Part shown: positions 61,136 through 64,000 of the stretch, one piece after another | How the letters are laid out: each line of letters opens with the position of its first letter | Numbering within the stretch: the stretch's first letter is position 1 | Assembly (NCBI GenBank): GCA_964521915.1 | Contig: CAZFTP010000001.1 | Coordinates: forward strand, 67,611-131,610 | Direction of reading: 5' to 3' | Length of the DNA: 64,000 nucleotides | Source of the DNA: an uncultured Candidatus Marinamargulisbacteria bacterium | Lineage (GTDB): Bacteria > Margulisbacteria > Marinamargulisbacteria > CAZFTP01 | Translations under genes and position numbers: made by a program | The notes under the pieces: model-generated | Databases searched by the model: none | Told to the model about the DNA's origin: nothing | What the model saw: the letters and a program-made list of their open reading frames with translations, nothing else

Positions 61136-61461
61136 TAAATTCTATTGATACATCTTATTTTATCGAAAAAAATTTAGAATCAGCTGATTACCAACGTCGT
61201 ATTCAAGCTAATAACAAAAAACAAAATATTGAAGAATTTGAAAAAATTCTCCTCAAAAAAGTTTATTTAGAATCTTTAATTGATAAAGATGAAGAAGAAG
61301 ACGAAGAAAACGATAGAGGTATATTATCCAGCGATAATTCATTATATAATGAAATGTTACTTGATCTTTATGCTCAACAATTAGCAAAACAAGATATTTT
61401 TAATTTGCAAAAAATTTATAATAAAAATGAACAAACAAAAAGTACCGAACCAAACAATTAA
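61132..61461 (+). CDS. rod-binding protein (FlgJ N-terminal-domain type)
   Basis: EEFEKILLKKVYLESL...SLYNEMLLDLYAQQLAK matches the Rod-binding family. Confidence 0.6.
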   Translation: MINSIDTSYFIEKNLESADYQRRIQANNKKQNIEEFEKILLKKVYLESLIDKDEEEDEENDRGILSSDNSLYNEMLLDLYAQQLAKQDIFNLQKIYNKNEQTKSTEPNN

Positions 61462-62206
61462 TATCACAGAACTCCAGCAAAAAGAAATTACCTCCAAAAA
61501 AAGGGAGACGAAAATTTCTGAAGAGTTTATTAAAGAACATATGTCTACAGTTGAATCTATTGCTTCTGTAATTATGTCTGGCAGTAAAACGCCTCCCGGC
61601 ATTTTTTATAATGATTTAATTAGTTGGGGGGTTGAAGGCTTAATTAAAGCTAAAAATAATTTTAAAGCTGATAAAGGGTCTCAGTTTAAAACATATGCTT
61701 ATTACCGTATTAGAGGTGAAATTTTAGATAAGTTGCGTCAGGAATGGTATTATCGAAACCCGACAGATTACAAATTACAGCAAGAAAAAATACAAAAAAG
61801 AATTGCCGAAGTTACTGAACAAGCTATTGATAATTCAGATAAAACCTCAGATAAAAGTATTAATGATAAAGTCAACGATTTAATTGCTAATTCTGCAGTA
61901 GTATATTTATTATCTTTAGATGACATTGAATCAATTACTAAAATTGAAGGCACGGGCGGCGACCCTGCAATTGAAATTATCGAAGAAGTAGACAGAAAAG
62001 AAAGTCATTCTTTATTATGGGAAGAAATTAATTTTTTAAATAAAGATGAAAAAAGATTAATTGAACTTTTTTATGTAAAAGACCAAAAACAAAAAGAAAT
62101 AGCGGAAATAATGCATTTATCCAGAAGCAAAGTATGCCGTATGCACATGAAAATATTAGACAAATTAAGAAGAAGGCTTGAAAAAAAACTTAATGCAGAT
62201 GAATAA
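61427..62206 (+). CDS. fliA: flagellar sigma factor sigma-28 (FliA)
   Basis: FKTYAYYRIRGEILDKLRQEWYYR region-2 signature of FliA; C-terminal HTH EIAEIMHLSRSKVCRM. Confidence 0.85.
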   Translation: MNKQKVPNQTINITELQQKEITSKKRETKISEEFIKEHMSTVESIASVIMSGSKTPPGIFYNDLISWGVEGLIKAKNNFKADKGSQFKTYAYYRIRGEILDKLRQEWYYRNPTDYKLQQEKIQKRIAEVTEQAIDNSDKTSDKSINDKVNDLIANSAVVYLLSLDDIESITKIEGTGGDPAIEIIEEVDRKESHSLLWEEINFLNKDEKRLIELFYVKDQKQKEIAEIMHLSRSKVCRMHMKILDKLRRRLEKKLNADE

Positions 62207-62233
62207 TATTATTATATAATATTAGGAGATAAC

Positions 62234-62551
62234 ATGGAGAATAAAACAATTAATTCTATTGTCTATGATAAGCCAATGCAAGGTTTAGCTAGTGCTATAA
62301 AAATAGCCACTAGAAAACAAGCCATTTATTCTTATAATATTTCTAATGCTTCTACCCCAGGGTTTAGACCAATTCGTTTTGAAGATGAATTAGAAGATGC
62401 AGAAACTAAAATTGAGAATCAAGAATTTAATATTGAAGAAGAAATGGCCAGAATGAATGAAAACAGATTGCAACACAGTGCTTTAGTCAGAATTTTATAT
62501 ACTAAAGCTCAATTAATGAGAAAAGTTGTAACTTTAGGTAAAGGAGGATAA
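62234..62551 (+). CDS. flgB: flagellar proximal rod protein FlgB
   Basis: 105 aa; N-terminal ...ASAIKIATRKQAIYSYNISNASTPGFRP and C-terminal rod segment. Confidence 0.85.
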   Translation: MENKTINSIVYDKPMQGLASAIKIATRKQAIYSYNISNASTPGFRPIRFEDELEDAETKIENQEFNIEEEMARMNENRLQHSALVRILYTKAQLMRKVVTLGKGG

Positions 62552-62553
62552 AA

Positions 62554-63069
62554 ATGACTAAATCAGTTTATTTTTTTCTATTGATATTTACCATGATTTT
62601 AATGTTTAGTCTTATTTGTTTGGCAGAGGATCTCTCTAAATTCAAAACTGATAATGATGATGATATTTTATCTAGAAAAGATTTAGGCACCGATGATGCT
62701 TTAAAATTAAGTACTAGCGGGGTTTTAGCTCAAAAATTACAATTAAGGGTAAGTGCGGAAAATATTGCTAATGCAACAACCATAAAAACAGAAAATGGCA
62801 TACCCTATCAGAAAAAATATTTGATTTTAAAAACTTCTCAAAAAGGAGTAAAAGTTGCCGGCATTAGAAAAAGTACAGAACCTTTCAAAGAAGTTTATGA
62901 TCCGGCTAACCCATTATCAGATAAAAACGGTTTTATTTATTTACCTAACGTTGATGTCTCCCAAGAAATGGTCCAAATAAGTTTAACGAATGTTTTATAT
63001 GAAGCTAATACTACTGCTTATAAATCTGCTAAAGCTATGTATCAGCAATCTTTAGATTTATTAAAATAA
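62554..63069 (+). CDS. flgC: flagellar rod protein FlgC with a roughly 50-aa N-terminal hydrophobic extension
   Basis: RVSAENIANATT and C-terminal LPNVDVSQEMVQISLTNVLYEANTTAYK FlgC signatures; start fixed by AAAGGAGG 7 nt upstream. Confidence 0.85.
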   Translation: MTKSVYFFLLIFTMILMFSLICLAEDLSKFKTDNDDDILSRKDLGTDDALKLSTSGVLAQKLQLRVSAENIANATTIKTENGIPYQKKYLILKTSQKGVKVAGIRKSTEPFKEVYDPANPLSDKNGFIYLPNVDVSQEMVQISLTNVLYEANTTAYKSAKAMYQQSLDLLK

Positions 63070-63079
63070 GGAGAGAAAA

Positions 63080-63424
63080 ATGAATATTAACCCGATTCAA
63101 GCAATTAATTTAGAAAAAGAAAAAAACGACGAAATTTTCAACACTCAAAATATTAGTGTAATTAACCCGATAATAAACCCTATAGAATCAATTAGTCGGG
63201 CGCCCTTTCAAATTATGTTAGAAAATGCGGTTGATGCTTTACAAAATGTTAGTAATACGGAACAAGAAAATAACAAATTAATCGATGAATTTATCCAAGG
63301 GAAAAGATCTGTTGATGAAGTTTTAATTTCTACCAATCAATTAAATTTAGAAATGTCTTTATTAACTACAGTAGTAAATACAACTGTACAAACTTTTAAA
63401 GAAATTCAACAAATGCAGGTATAA
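63080..63424 (+). CDS. fliE: flagellar hook-basal body protein FliE
   Basis: C-terminal TTVVNTTVQTFKEIQQMQV (FliE ...MQV ending). Confidence 0.85.
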   Translation: MNINPIQAINLEKEKNDEIFNTQNISVINPIINPIESISRAPFQIMLENAVDALQNVSNTEQENNKLIDEFIQGKRSVDEVLISTNQLNLEMSLLTTVVNTTVQTFKEIQQMQV

Positions 63425-63448
63425 TTTAATTTATAAAAAAGGTTAAAT

Positions 63449-64000
63449 ATGGCAGAAGAAATAAATAATAATGATGATTTAGATTTAGGTTCCCCGATTG
63501 TTCCTGAAACAAAAAAACGTAAGCATTTACCTTTTTGGTTTTCAGCCGGATTATTTTCTTTAATCATAATAGTCATTATTGTGGGGTTAATTTTCATTCT
63601 TTTTAAAGGACATTCTTCACCTCATTCTAAAAAACAGTTAAGTTTAGATAACGTTAGTACTAGTTTAGACGACAGAAATTCTTCTGCAGAATCATCGACA
63701 AAACAAAAACAACTTGAAAAAGAAATTGAACAGCTTAAAAAAAATTTAAAAGCTCAAGAAGAAGCAAAAAAGAAAAAAGAAAAACCTACAAAAATAGATT
63801 ATGTATTACTCTATGTAAATTTGGATGCTAATCAAACTGCCGCTGTTATAAAAGAACTAAGTATTGCGGAAGTCTCTTTTGATTTAAAACAAAAAGGGAA
63901 ATATTATGACCTCTGGGTAGATAGAAATAAACAAGAAGAATCAAAAAACATTCTTGCTGTTAGAGGCTTACCAAGCGGCGGCATTAAAGGATACGAGTTA
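63449..64000 (+). CDS. fliF: flagellar MS-ring protein FliF, N-terminal portion (3' end outside window)
   Basis: TM segment FWFSAGLFSLIIIVIIVGLIFIL; YVLLYVNLDANQTAAVIKEL...NILAVRGLPSGGIKGYEL FliF motif; ORF runs off the window end. Confidence 0.8.
   Translation, partial: MAEEINNNDDLDLGSPIVPETKKRKHLPFWFSAGLFSLIIIVIIVGLIFILFKGHSSPHSKKQLSLDNVSTSLDDRNSSAESSTKQKQLEKEIEQLKKNLKAQEEAKKKKEKPTKIDYVLLYVNLDANQTAAVIKELSIAEVSFDLKQKGKYYDLWVDRNKQEESKNILAVRGLPSGGIKGYEL

Noticed and set aside
1-64000. Prophage, integron or conjugative element, or a classical defence island (restriction-modification, toxin-antitoxin, Cas, retron)
   Set aside because: No integrase, transposase, terminase, capsid, relaxase, methyltransferase, nuclease or reverse-transcriptase signatures were found in any frame. 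Accessory content is limited to repeats and eukaryotic-like or secreted proteins.

Overview
A 64-kb, very AT-rich (about 30% GC) chromosomal segment from a bacterium using strong AGGAGG-type ribosome-binding sites (RBS). Most of the window is housekeeping. Identified genes are alr (5' partial), queF, pabB/pabA-type synthase components, a dCMP deaminase, leuC/leuD, hcp with an Rrf2-family regulator, a DEAD-box helicase, mgtE, thiC, cysS-panB-cdaA-lysA, a leuA/cimA-family gene, panD, ssb, tRNA-Lys, tuf-rpsJ, hemW, ymdB, rny and recA in a rny-ymdB neighbourhood, murE-murF-mraY, a SigB/F/G-like sigma factor, rfbC, a SpoIIE/PP2C phosphatase, rpsT and accD/accA. A flagellar cluster occupies 55-64 kb: fliK, flhB-C-like, flgF, flgG, flgA, flgH, flgI, flgJ-N, fliA, flgB, flgC, fliE and fliF (3' partial). 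The L- and P-ring genes indicate a diderm cell envelope. Two threads go beyond routine annotation. First, three eukaryotic-like candidate effector genes lie within 17 kb: an F-box-like/WD40 protein, a small GC-richer protein whose RBS-supported start gives MGNGVSK (an N-myristoylation consensus) plus a KKRK patch, and a PP5-like TPR + PPP phosphatase. Together they suggest a host-associated lifestyle. Second, a mosaic family of GC-rich intergenic repeat modules occupies at least nine loci: 33-nt perfect hairpins with covarying stems, GGGGC-loop-GCCCC units, an ATCAT tandem array and CTAGTGCCT units. These split the leuC/leuD and pabB/pabA gene pairs and in several cases supply the last codons and stop codon of a neighbouring gene. 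A separate MITE-like inverted-repeat family (terminal repeat GAGTCTGTCGCAAAATG) brackets a secreted-protein gene. Other points are a recO pseudogene, a GC-rich structured roughly 180-nt element in the flgA leader, flagellar rod proteins with N-terminal hydrophobic extensions, and a shared palindromic 5' module upstream of hcp, murF and lysA. No CRISPR array, integrase, transposase or rRNA was seen.
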